From positions 1-64,000 of IMG/VR virus record IMGVR_UViG_3300026097_000011: 64,000 bases of DNA; one strand, given 5' to 3'. Under the pieces are notes generated by a model that made no database searches, was not told the origin of the DNA, and saw only the letters and a list, made by a program, of their open reading frames with translations. This document shows, in pieces, positions 29,326 to 39,399 of the stretch. Both the position numbers and the translations under genes were made by a program. This DNA comes from a virus. Numbering within the stretch: the stretch's first letter is position 1; the number at the start of each line of letters is the position of its first letter.

Positions 29326-29868
29326 GTGAGAAATCGAGTAAATAAATTTAGAGAGTTCGAAAAAATTAACGAACAAGAAGAAGTAAAAGCGAAATCAGCA
29401 CCTTTAAAGGGATATAGTGCAGATGTATTAGTTGAGAGAATTGGTGAACTAATGGAAATAATGCCTGATAGAGTTAAATTTGGAGTTCCATCTGATAAAA
29501 ACGGATATTCTTTAACGTATCGAGATGCAAACGGAGCAATCCAAAAAATCAACGACCTCGAACACTATTACTCAAGCAAGGGAGAACAAGTTAAGTTTTA
29601 CTGCTGGACTATTAGTTATGCAGGTAGCTGGGATGCTACTAAAAGCCTAAGAAGAAAAATTGATAAATTTGGCGGATTTGGAAACGAAACTAACATGAAC
29701 CTTAAAAAGGTTAAAGAATATTTTGCTAAAAATTCTGAGGATGTTGATAACGTAAGAAGTTTTTCAATCTCAATTGATGCAAAGTCAGTGCGAAAAGAAT
29801 CAGCTGAAGTTGAAGATGTTGCAGCATCAGAAAATCCACAGCCTTCTAAAACTGAGGGTGAAGTTTAA
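29326..29868 (+). CDS. Hypothetical late protein
   Basis: GTG start after GATAAATA; VNKFREFEKINE. Confidence 0.7.
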   Translation: MRNRVNKFREFEKINEQEEVKAKSAPLKGYSADVLVERIGELMEIMPDRVKFGVPSDKNGYSLTYRDANGAIQKINDLEHYYSSKGEQVKFYCWTISYAGSWDATKSLRRKIDKFGGFGNETNMNLKKVKEYFAKNSEDVDNVRSFSISIDAKSVRKESAEVEDVAASENPQPSKTEGEV

Positions 29869-29899
29869 GGTATAAATAATCAACAATACATTTATAAAC

Positions 29900-31714
29900 A
29901 TGGCAGGGATTAATAACTTAAGAAAGGTACGAGATAAAAGGGGAGATGATTTTTTAAATAATCTACTTAATAATTTTGTTGTAATTAACGAAAATATAGA
30001 TGGTACGTTCTTTGGAGTTAAGAAAGATAAAGAGTCAGGAAAATTTAGATATTTTAAGAAATCAGGTGAAATCACATATGTTGATAGAATGCTGATGAAA
30101 TTCTACAATCCAGCAATTGCTTATTTCGAAACATTATCAGATGATAAGAAATCAAGAATTCCATCTAATTTTTATTTTGGATTTGAATTTATAACATCAA
30201 GAGATAAAAAATCTTCTAATTTTAATAGAAAGCCTAAAAATAATTTAGTACTTTCATATATTCACAGATTAGGAGAAGACAATAAGCCAGAAGAAACATT
30301 ACAAACAAAAGATGACTTAGACAGATGGGCATATTATTTAGAAGTAGAAGCTCCTCCTATTATATTTGAAGGTAAATTAGATGATGATCAAAAGCGAGAA
30401 ATTTTAGAATTTGTTTATGCTAATGATTCAGATCTTCAAGAAAAATTCAAAACTACATCGTTTACTAAATACATTATTTCTATATTAAACTCTGACGAAA
30501 GAGATTCTTTAACTAGAAAGGGATTCAATGGAGATATTGAAAGTATAATATTTAGATTCTATGACGAAAACGACGAGGATGCAAAAGAAGATGCATTTCT
30601 AGCAAAAATAGTAGATCCACTATTTAGTATTAAATCTACTAAATCAGATAAGACAGAAAATAAATCGAATGATTATATTTGGTTGATTGTAATAGATCTG
30701 ATGAATAGGATAGAGATGTATTCAGAAGACGAATTAAGATCTATGTGTGAAGATGAAGAAGACTATGACGCTAAATACCTAAGCTTAGTTAATTCAATAT
30801 ATAAAGATTTTATCAAAGAATACTCTAAAAAATACGATGGACTTCAATTAGACATTCCAGAGTATTTAAATAGACCAGAATTTGAGGTTGAATTTGATTT
30901 AATTAACGATGATGAAGTAGTTAGACTAATTAAGAACAATGAGACGTTTAAAGAAATATACAGAATATTAGTAAACTTCTTTAGAAAACCTAGAAAGAAA
31001 TCATCTTCTAATTTCTTTACTCCAGAATTGTTAAATCAGCTCAATATTCAGATTACCAAAATCAAGAGAGTAATAATGGGTGATGTTCTATATGAAGGAC
31101 TATTTCCGTCATTTGGAGAATTCATGGGAGATTCACTTTTTGTAGGTGAACGTGAAGATTTTGAAACTAAAAGTAAATCCAAAGTTAAAACAGAAAAAGT
31201 AAATGTACTAATTGGTAATTTTCAACCAGTACACAATGGACACCTAAAAGCAGCAGAAAAACTCAAGGAGAAGAATGGATTACCTTGTGTTTTTATTTCA
31301 GTTATAAAAAAGAACAGAAGATATCCATTTTCAGAAAGATCGGTTCGTATAATGCTTAAAAAGGTACAACAGAATAATATTGAATTAATTAGAGATATTC
31401 AAATAGTGGGATCTGGGTCTATTAGAAAAATACTAGCAGAATTAAGACCTGAATATAGTCCAATCTTATGGGGATCGACTTCTAATAAAATAAAGGACTA
31501 TGTATTACAATTAGACCATGTTAAGAAAAAAGATATTCCACTTAGACTAGATGATGAATTTAAATTAATTGAAGTTCCAAGCTATCAGAAATCATCAGAT
31601 GTAATAGATGCTATTGAAAGCGGGGAATTTAATTCATTTAAAACAATGGTTCCTAATTCAATAGGATCAGAATTTTTTAACTTACAAAAGGAGCTAGAAT
31701 TTTACGAAAGGTAG
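29900..31714 (+). CDS. RNA-ligase-like domain fused to HxGH nucleotidyltransferase
   Basis: ENIDG, FGFEF, PPIIFEG, ESIIFR, AKIVD ligase-like motifs; GNFQPVHNGH. Confidence 0.65.
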   Translation: MAGINNLRKVRDKRGDDFLNNLLNNFVVINENIDGTFFGVKKDKESGKFRYFKKSGEITYVDRMLMKFYNPAIAYFETLSDDKKSRIPSNFYFGFEFITSRDKKSSNFNRKPKNNLVLSYIHRLGEDNKPEETLQTKDDLDRWAYYLEVEAPPIIFEGKLDDDQKREILEFVYANDSDLQEKFKTTSFTKYIISILNSDERDSLTRKGFNGDIESIIFRFYDENDEDAKEDAFLAKIVDPLFSIKSTKSDKTENKSNDYIWLIVIDLMNRIEMYSEDELRSMCEDEEDYDAKYLSLVNSIYKDFIKEYSKKYDGLQLDIPEYLNRPEFEVEFDLINDDEVVRLIKNNETFKEIYRILVNFFRKPRKKSSSNFFTPELLNQLNIQITKIKRVIMGDVLYEGLFPSFGEFMGDSLFVGEREDFETKSKSKVKTEKVNVLIGNFQPVHNGHLKAAEKLKEKNGLPCVFISVIKKNRRYPFSERSVRIMLKKVQQNNIELIRDIQIVGSGSIRKILAELRPEYSPILWGSTSNKIKDYVLQLDHVKKKDIPLRLDDEFKLIEVPSYQKSSDVIDAIESGEFNSFKTMVPNSIGSEFFNLQKELEFYER

Positions 31715-31804
31715 GATTGCTAGTGGAAGGCGTACTTAAATCCTTTCATTTTATGAAACTATTGTGTTAGTTTCTAATATAATAAAAAGAAATAATTATA
31801 TTGC

Positions 31805-33493
31805 ATGAGATTCAAAGAATTAACTCAAGAAAACAAGGATTTTATTAAACGGACTTATTTAGACACTAGTATTAGTTGGGAAGATAGAATGACAATATTA
31901 TCAGAATACACTGGTAAATCTTCAAGAACAGTTCAAAAATGGGTTGCTAAGCTAAATATAAAATTAGGAACAGCTAATACTCCAGCTGAATCGCCAGAAT
32001 TTAAAAAGGCTAAAAATAGAAAATTCAATCAAAGCAAAAAGAGGTTCATTATCACATGGGCACAAAACAACACCCCCGTTCATCCAATATTTTTAAAGAA
32101 TATCGAAGCATATGCAAAGTATATCAAAGCAGATATTCACGTTATAGCAGGAAGATACAAAAATCCAACTTCAGTATTTACGGACAGAGAATATGACAGA
32201 TGGCACGAACCAGTTTTGAAGTACTTAGATGCAGCAAGACATGATGTACATAAATATCTTTCTATTATGTCAGATGTTAAAGTGCAACCAACCGCAGTTA
32301 ATCCTATGACTGGAATGCAAGGAATGTCAGGAATTAATTCATGTATATTTGGATCTCCTAAACTTCAACTGGAAATGATTCCAGTTTTAGAAGGATGTAA
32401 ACCAAAAATGATGATGACTACTGGAGCGTGTACTAAAGCAAATTACACAGATTCTAAATCAGGTAAGAAAGGAGAATTTCACCATACGTTAGGATTTGTA
32501 GTTGTTGAGATTAAAGACGATGATACATTTTTTACAAGACAAGTAAGCGCAGATGAAGATGGAAACTTTATAGACTTATACTATGATATATGGTTTGACG
32601 GAGAAGAACAAGATATTGATTTTTCAAATGAACCGTTTCCAGCAATAGCAAAAATAGAGTGGATAAAATCCAATTTTGGAGAAGATCCTACTGAATGGGT
32701 TGGAGAAACTGACATTGCAAGAATAGATAAAGTTGATGCTTGTGTATTAGGAGATTTACACTTTGGCAACGAGGATAAAGAAGTAATAGAGGGATCCAAG
32801 AAACTTATGAGTGAATTGAGACCAAGTCACGTCATACTACATGATGTATTTGACGGATCTTCTATTAATCATCATGAATCAAAAGATCCATTTGCTCAAT
32901 ATAGAAAAGAAGTAAGAGGAACTAACGACTTGAAAAAAGAAGTTGATTATATGCTAGATCAATTAGCAATGTTTGAAGAATATGATAATGTTGTGGTTGT
33001 TAGAAGTAACCATGATGACTTTTTAGATAGATGGCTGAAGAATGAAGATTGGAAAAAGATGCCAACTGCTAAGAATTCTATGGAGTATATGAAATATAGT
33101 CAAATACTCCTTAAGCAATATGCAAAAGCACCTCAAGTAAAGGGGGTTATTCCTGAATTAATCAATGATGTTTATCCTGAGTTCATTACATTAGGAAGAA
33201 GTGATAGTTATATAGTCAATGGATGGGAACTAGCATGTCACGGAGATGTAGGATCAGGTGGATCAAGAGGGTCACTACAACAATTCAGAAAACTAAATAC
33301 GAAAATTATAACTGGTCACTCTCATACACCGGGTAGAAAGGACGGAGCATTAGCAGTTGGAACTTCTACTATTATGCGAATGGGTTACAATATAGGGCCA
33401 AGTAATTGGTTACAATCTCATGTTATTATCCATAAAAACGGAAAAGCTCAACATGTACACTTTATAGATGGAGAATATACAACATTTAAATAA
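31805..33493 (+). CDS. Metallophosphoesterase-domain protein (T5 A1-like), N-terminal HTH
   Basis: GDLH, HDVFDG, SNHD, HGD, GHSH motifs; RFIITWAQNNT. Confidence 0.7.
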   Translation: MRFKELTQENKDFIKRTYLDTSISWEDRMTILSEYTGKSSRTVQKWVAKLNIKLGTANTPAESPEFKKAKNRKFNQSKKRFIITWAQNNTPVHPIFLKNIEAYAKYIKADIHVIAGRYKNPTSVFTDREYDRWHEPVLKYLDAARHDVHKYLSIMSDVKVQPTAVNPMTGMQGMSGINSCIFGSPKLQLEMIPVLEGCKPKMMMTTGACTKANYTDSKSGKKGEFHHTLGFVVVEIKDDDTFFTRQVSADEDGNFIDLYYDIWFDGEEQDIDFSNEPFPAIAKIEWIKSNFGEDPTEWVGETDIARIDKVDACVLGDLHFGNEDKEVIEGSKKLMSELRPSHVILHDVFDGSSINHHESKDPFAQYRKEVRGTNDLKKEVDYMLDQLAMFEEYDNVVVVRSNHDDFLDRWLKNEDWKKMPTAKNSMEYMKYSQILLKQYAKAPQVKGVIPELINDVYPEFITLGRSDSYIVNGWELACHGDVGSGGSRGSLQQFRKLNTKIITGHSHTPGRKDGALAVGTSTIMRMGYNIGPSNWLQSHVIIHKNGKAQHVHFIDGEYTTFK

Positions 33494-33961
33494 TTAGTCT
33501 ATTTTTCCAAATGTATGATTACCTATTACCACCGTTTTGGTCCATTTTTTAGTCCAATATGGTGGTTTTATTTTATTATGTGCATAATATAATGTAGCAC
33601 CCTTAGTTATATCACTGATTTCTTTCTTAGCAATAGATAGGGCATTATCCCACTTATCATGAGACTTATATTTTTTAATTATTGAATTTATTTTATCCTT
33701 ATTGAAATCTGATTTTCTTGATACTCCACTAGTTGCACTGTTCCACATTGAAAATTGCTTAGGTCTAAGAGCCTCACCTGCTGGTGAAGTTCCTTTCTTG
33801 GAAGCTCTATTATCTAGTACGTTTTTAATAGCTTTCATCCCGCTACCTAATTCTCCCCCTGCTTCTCCAATTAAAGTTGCTGCTACTACTTCTGCATCGT
33901 CAACATTTGAGATGTATGAACTTTCAATAAGGGACCAATCATTATAATTCAATATAGACAT
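33494..33961 (-). CDS. Cell wall hydrolase (SleB/Hydrolase_2)
   Basis: TLIGEAGGE, VLDNR, QFSMWN, TKGATLYY, IGNHTF. Confidence 0.9.
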   Translation of the reverse strand: MSILNYNDWSLIESSYISNVDDAEVVAATLIGEAGGELGSGMKAIKNVLDNRASKKGTSPAGEALRPKQFSMWNSATSGVSRKSDFNKDKINSIIKKYKSHDKWDNALSIAKKEISDITKGATLYYAHNKIKPPYWTKKWTKTVVIGNHTFGKID

Positions 33962-34022
33962 ATTATTAATTGTATTTTTATTATTTATTTGTTTTGATAA
34001 ATAATAAAAAGTTTAATTTCAA

Positions 34023-34226
34023 ATGGCCGATACTAAACACAAAGATGCAAGTTGGAAAAACATAAAAGATTGGGCAAAAGGAAAATCTCGATTAGAAGTC
34101 GGAGTAGTTCAACATCCAGATGAAGATCCAAAAACCTCTATTATAGATTATATGAGAAAGAATAAAACTAAAAGAAAGGAATTACATATTTTGCCATTTG
34201 GACAATACGAAAAAATGGGTAAATAA
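34023..34226 (+). CDS. Hypothetical protein
   Basis: 67 aa; GATAAATA upstream; C-terminal ILPFGQY. Confidence 0.6.
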   Translation: MADTKHKDASWKNIKDWAKGKSRLEVGVVQHPDEDPKTSIIDYMRKNKTKRKELHILPFGQYEKMGK

Positions 34227-34978
34227 TGAGCGGGCATATTACTACATATAAAGAATGGAGAAAGATTCAAGAATCAATAGTAGATGCTGAAACCGCAGTT
34301 AAAATTGCAAAGAATCATGGTCTTAAGCTTAAGCCATATAGTGCGAATAATCCAAAGCCTAAAAAGCATTTAGATAAATTTCCAAAGGGAGCTCCTGAGT
34401 TAGTATCAGCTGTTTCAACATATGGAAGTGCTAAATTCGATTCAGACTTGATTGATATTGTTGATAAAATTCAAGATGAGACTAAAATCAAACTTAATAT
34501 TACAGGAGGAGATGATTGGTATCATAGAAAATACAAAAGTAGGCATAGTTCAGGAAAGGCAATTGACTTTGTCATTGATGGACCTGCTACAAACGACAGA
34601 CAAACTAAGATCGAAAAGGCTGTTGTTAATATTATGAAGTCTGGGGAATATCCAAACTTAGGAATGATTAATGAATATAAAAATCCATCAGGTCACGCGA
34701 CAGCTGGACATTTTCATTTATCAACAGGGAAAACTACAGAATATTCTTACTTTTATTTTGTAAAGGACGCCGATGGCAATAGATTAACTGGAAAGGGAAG
34801 TGCATTTGATAATAAGATCAAAGAGATGGGTGGAGAAACTAAAGTATACCAGGGAAAAGATTTACCAGAAGTAACTGTGACAGCAAAAGGAAAAAAGGAA
34901 GCAGTAAAATTAGAACCTAAACCAATTGAACCAATTGAAACTGAGGCTAATGATATACCGCAAATGAAAACTTTTTAA
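34226..34978 (+). CDS. Peptidase M15/LAS-fold zinc peptidase-like protein
   Basis: SRHSSGKAIDF (HxxxxxxD) and GHFH. Confidence 0.7.
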   Translation: MSGHITTYKEWRKIQESIVDAETAVKIAKNHGLKLKPYSANNPKPKKHLDKFPKGAPELVSAVSTYGSAKFDSDLIDIVDKIQDETKIKLNITGGDDWYHRKYKSRHSSGKAIDFVIDGPATNDRQTKIEKAVVNIMKSGEYPNLGMINEYKNPSGHATAGHFHLSTGKTTEYSYFYFVKDADGNRLTGKGSAFDNKIKEMGGETKVYQGKDLPEVTVTAKGKKEAVKLEPKPIEPIETEANDIPQMKTF

Positions 34979-34980
34979 TT

Positions 34981-35250
34981 ATGAAAGATAAGAAAATAGA
35001 AGAAGATATGTTAGCACCAGCTGACTCACCAGCATTTACTCAATCACCTATTCACCAGGTTCCAGCAACAGCTTCTCCTGGTGATAATATGGATACGTTT
35101 TCTCTAACTGGTCCTGGAAAATCTAAAACTACAGGTAAATCTGATAGTAAAAAAGATAATAAGAAACATCCTAAAAAGGAAGCTGCATCTTTTCCCTCTA
35201 ATAAAGTATTAACCTTTGAGGATTTCATGAATCAAAGAAGCACTAAGTAA
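34981..35250 (+). CDS. Hypothetical late protein
   Basis: C-terminal KVLTFEDFM motif. Confidence 0.65.
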   Translation: MKDKKIEEDMLAPADSPAFTQSPIHQVPATASPGDNMDTFSLTGPGKSKTTGKSDSKKDNKKHPKKEAASFPSNKVLTFEDFMNQRSTK

Positions 35251-35302
35251 CGGAGGGCAATCATCTTTCTTTTCTGATAAATAATAAAAAGATTGATTAT
35301 AT

Positions 35303-37294
35303 ATGGGAATTATACAAAACATAGGAGATGCATTTACTGACGCATTAGGTAATGGATTACTTAAAAATGAAGTTGGAAATGAATATGATGTTTTAAAAGG
35401 TCAATATATTTCATCAGAAGACGAAGAGCCACAGGCACACGTTGATAAAAAAGGTGGAGTTCCTGGAACATACTCAATATTTAACCCATTTAGAATATTT
35501 AGATATAGTGGATTTGGAATGAATGACCAAGAGTATTCACGTGATATGCATTTTGATTCTAAAGCTGTACCAGATTCTCCCGGTTTATTTGCTGGATTAT
35601 TAAAAGCACCTAATGAATTTGCAGAAGATGCGCCCGATGCACTTACAGCAAGTCAAAAGGTATTACAATCATTTAATGAGGCTAAGAAGTCAATGGAAAA
35701 TCCAACTGCTTCAGATATTATTAGATGGTCACATAAAGGAAAATCAAACAGTCCTGTTCCATATTCACCTCAAGATTTTATATGGTGTAAATACTATGGA
35801 AAGGTTCCTAATAACAGAATGGTTACTTTAAGAAGATATCCAATACCAATTGAAGATGATATTAGAATACATGATGATAAAGCACCACTTGTTCCAATAG
35901 CACAAGCAGTTACATGGTATGGAGCAGATATAGATAATGATTTAAACACTATACTAAATATATCATGGGGATTAAATTGGACAGATAGAAATTCTAAAGT
36001 TCAAGATATTGCAGGTAATGAAATAACAGTTGAACAAATCGCAGAAGCAGCTGGATTATCCACATCTGAAAATCAAAAGATAATTGATATATTAAAAGCT
36101 CAAGTATTTTCAGGAAGTGGCACTCAAGATATCTTAAAATTATCTGGATACGATAGTGAAATTCAACAATATATTAAAGATGCCTATGGATCAGAGGGTC
36201 CATATTGGAATAGAATATTAGGTCCAGTTAATGTAATTGATAAGACATTAATTAGAGATAGAGGGTTTAAAGATACTACACAGAATCCTATTACTATGAA
36301 TTTTGAGTATTCTCTTAGGTCACATGGTGGAATTAATCCTAAGATTGCATTTTTAGATTTACTAACAAATATTTTAAGTTTAACATATAATACTGCTCCT
36401 TTCTGGGGTGGAGGTGCTAGATATTTCCAAACAACTGGTGTAACTACTCCTAATTTTGGAATGGAAAATTCCATGTTAGATGGAGATGTAGCAGGAGGAT
36501 TAACGCAAGGAGCTGAACAATTAGCAGCATTAGCACAAAAGAATATTAATAGCTTAGTTGATTTTGCAAAAGAGATAGCAGGAGGAAAATATAATTCAGC
36601 AGATGGAACACCCGATGGAGAAGCAATTCAAGAAGCAAGACGAGAATTAGATAGAAAATTTAAAACTGCAGCTGATCCAATATCTAAAATGTTAGCACCT
36701 AGGTTAGGAAAGTTAATGAGAAAACCTTTAATATACAGAGCAATATTAGATGGTAGAGCAGTTGGTGAATGGCATCTTACTGTTGGAAACCCGATGAATC
36801 CAATAGCAATGATTGGAAATCTATGTTTAGATAATGTAGAAATGAAACTTGGAGATAAGTTAGGAATTGACGATTTTCCAACAGAGTTTTCATTCAAAGT
36901 TACGTTAAAACACGGAAGACCTAGAGCAAAACAAGATATAGAATCAATGTTTAACTTAGGTAAAGGTAGAATGGGATTCGATCAATTAGCTCCTCCAAGT
37001 TCAGCAAGAAATTCATATGGAGAAACTAATACTAGAAGACAAAATGCTTTATATGAAGGAATAGATCCAGAAAACGCAGCTGCAGGTGGAACAGTTTCAA
37101 CAGGAGCAAGTGTTGAAGATATTAACCTTAACGAATCTAAAGCGTCTATTCCATTTGATGTAACAGGAGGAGCTGGTAATTTAGATAAAATAGTAAGAAG
37201 ATACTCAAGACAGGTAGGTAACCTATATGGATCTTTTTACGAATCGAGTCCAGTATTAACTGACTATTTTAAACAATTAAAAACTCAAGACTAA
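35303..37294 (+). CDS. Putative baseplate/tail structural protein
   Basis: 663 aa, first gene of baseplate operon; tube-like C-terminal DDFPTEFSFKVTL. Confidence 0.55.
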   Translation: MGIIQNIGDAFTDALGNGLLKNEVGNEYDVLKGQYISSEDEEPQAHVDKKGGVPGTYSIFNPFRIFRYSGFGMNDQEYSRDMHFDSKAVPDSPGLFAGLLKAPNEFAEDAPDALTASQKVLQSFNEAKKSMENPTASDIIRWSHKGKSNSPVPYSPQDFIWCKYYGKVPNNRMVTLRRYPIPIEDDIRIHDDKAPLVPIAQAVTWYGADIDNDLNTILNISWGLNWTDRNSKVQDIAGNEITVEQIAEAAGLSTSENQKIIDILKAQVFSGSGTQDILKLSGYDSEIQQYIKDAYGSEGPYWNRILGPVNVIDKTLIRDRGFKDTTQNPITMNFEYSLRSHGGINPKIAFLDLLTNILSLTYNTAPFWGGGARYFQTTGVTTPNFGMENSMLDGDVAGGLTQGAEQLAALAQKNINSLVDFAKEIAGGKYNSADGTPDGEAIQEARRELDRKFKTAADPISKMLAPRLGKLMRKPLIYRAILDGRAVGEWHLTVGNPMNPIAMIGNLCLDNVEMKLGDKLGIDDFPTEFSFKVTLKHGRPRAKQDIESMFNLGKGRMGFDQLAPPSSARNSYGETNTRRQNALYEGIDPENAAAGGTVSTGASVEDINLNESKASIPFDVTGGAGNLDKIVRRYSRQVGNLYGSFYESSPVLTDYFKQLKTQD

Positions 37295-37296
37295 TT

Positions 37297-37905
37297 ATGT
37301 TAATCAGTAGAATTTTATCAAGAAAAAGAATTATAACTAAATTTACCCAACAGGTAACTGATTTAATTTATAGCACATTCTCATTTCCAGATGAAACTGA
37401 TGGTGCTGGTGTGGTTGCAGTTGGTGAATATGAAAACATGAGACCTGATCTAATGGCAGATAGATTATATGGAGATCAAAGTAAATGGGATGCTATTTTG
37501 AAATATAATGGTATATCAAATCCTTTTTCAATTCAAACTGGAGATTTATTATACGCTGTACCATTTTCAGCATTAGAATCAGTATATGTTTCTCCTAGTG
37601 TAATTCAAGAAAGAGAACAAAAGCAAGAATCTGGTTCAAGAGCTCAACCTGCTAGCAAAAAAGATAAGAATAGGGTTAGAAACTTAGAACGAAAAAATGC
37701 TAGAAATGCAGATGGAGTAAACGTAGGAGAAAATGGAGAACTTCCACCTAATTTATCTAAGGTTGGAGACAAAAGTGTTAAAGTAAAAGATGGTAGACTA
37801 ATATTTGGAGAAGATGTTACTACTGTGAATAAAGAAAACTGTCCAGTTCCAATTTCTAGATCTAGATTACAAGCAGCATTACTTAAAGATAAATTATTTT
37901 TATAA
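37297..37905 (+). CDS. Baseplate wedge protein (gp53/LysM-like)
   Basis: RPDLMADRLYGD..WDAILKYNGISNPF. Confidence 0.8.
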   Translation: MLISRILSRKRIITKFTQQVTDLIYSTFSFPDETDGAGVVAVGEYENMRPDLMADRLYGDQSKWDAILKYNGISNPFSIQTGDLLYAVPFSALESVYVSPSVIQEREQKQESGSRAQPASKKDKNRVRNLERKNARNADGVNVGENGELPPNLSKVGDKSVKVKDGRLIFGEDVTTVNKENCPVPISRSRLQAALLKDKLFL

Positions 37906-37908
37906 TAT

Positions 37909-39399
37909 ATGGCAAAGAAAGATTTAATAAAGGTAATAACGGATCCAAAGGTTCCACTTAAAGAGCTATGGTCAACAGACACAGGTAGTGTATCTGTTGA
38001 GAACCCATTTATTATACCAGGTAAAGGAACTAGAACAGCTGCTATGAGCGTTGGATCAGATGTACCATTTGTTAAGATTAATTCTATTCCCATTACTGAA
38101 ATTGATTTATTAATAATAGATGAAACTGGAATAGTACCTAAAATTAAGATTATATTTATGGATGGATCAGGTGCATTGACTGGAGCCAATTATCCTAAGA
38201 ATGATCCGATTTTAAGCCTCTATATTAAGTCTCAAAATAGTAAATTTAAACCAATTAGATGTGACTTTTTAATTACTAATATTAAAACTAATCAGGACCC
38301 AGTATTAAATGCCGAAAATATTGACATAGGCGCAAACTTTATTATGACAGGCGAATTATACATACCTAAAATATATAAAAACGTATCCAAGAGCTATAGA
38401 AATATGAACTCAAAAGATACGCTTAAGAAGATTGCATCAGAAACTGATTTAGGATTTGCATGTAACGAGTTTATAACAAATGACAAGATGACGTGGTTAA
38501 ACACTAATAGTAGCAGTTTAAATTTTATAGATCATGTATCAAAACATTCTTATTTAGATGATGATACATTCTTTACGTCATTCATAGATAAATTTTATCA
38601 CTTGAATTTTATTAATGTTGCTGAACAATTGAATCTGGCAAATGAACATAATATGACATATGATAATACTGTGGATTCATCAGAGTTAGACATATCAGAA
38701 AAAGTGGCAAGTGAAATAGATAATGATAAATTATCTGAAATGCTAAGTGTTGCAGGTTTAACAAATAAAGATGAATACAGAGGGAAGCCTGAGTACATTA
38801 TAAATTATTATTTAATGGGAAATACTGGAAGTATATTAAAGAACAAAGGATATAAAAAGAAAGTATACTACTATGATCCTTCACTAGAAGACGAAAATAG
38901 ATTTACTAGTTTTTTTGTAAATCCTATTGAAATCAAAGGATATACTGGAGAAAACAAAGGATTAGAACCTGATGATGAATCTTTAAGAGAATCAATTATT
39001 AAAAAATGGATGAATATTGATTATGGAAATGCTCATCCTGAATGGAATGCATCGGCACTTATCAATGATCATAACAACAGCGAGCTTAACAAAGTAAAAC
39101 TTAAAGTTGAGACTGCTGGTATTAATTTTCAAGTTAATAGAGGTGCTTCAATTCCTGTGATGATGTATTTTCCACCAACTACATATTTAGAAAAAGACAT
39201 ACAAAGAGCAGATGGAAGCGCTAAGACACAAACTCCTATTAATATACAGGACTCGGTACCAGACGGGATTATATCTGGAAAATACTATGTAAGTGGCGTT
39301 AGATATATCTATGATAGATTAAATGACTCATTTCCATTTAAAACTGAATTTCAATTAGCTAGGGTTAATTGGTTAGGTGAAAATAATATAGTTCAATAA
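37909..39399 (+). CDS. Putative baseplate hub protein
   Basis: Position in operon; ISGKYYVSGVRY C-terminal hub-like motif. Confidence 0.6.
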   Translation: MAKKDLIKVITDPKVPLKELWSTDTGSVSVENPFIIPGKGTRTAAMSVGSDVPFVKINSIPITEIDLLIIDETGIVPKIKIIFMDGSGALTGANYPKNDPILSLYIKSQNSKFKPIRCDFLITNIKTNQDPVLNAENIDIGANFIMTGELYIPKIYKNVSKSYRNMNSKDTLKKIASETDLGFACNEFITNDKMTWLNTNSSSLNFIDHVSKHSYLDDDTFFTSFIDKFYHLNFINVAEQLNLANEHNMTYDNTVDSSELDISEKVASEIDNDKLSEMLSVAGLTNKDEYRGKPEYIINYYLMGNTGSILKNKGYKKKVYYYDPSLEDENRFTSFFVNPIEIKGYTGENKGLEPDDESLRESIIKKWMNIDYGNAHPEWNASALINDHNNSELNKVKLKVETAGINFQVNRGASIPVMMYFPPTTYLEKDIQRADGSAKTQTPINIQDSVPDGIISGKYYVSGVRYIYDRLNDSFPFKTEFQLARVNWLGENNIVQ

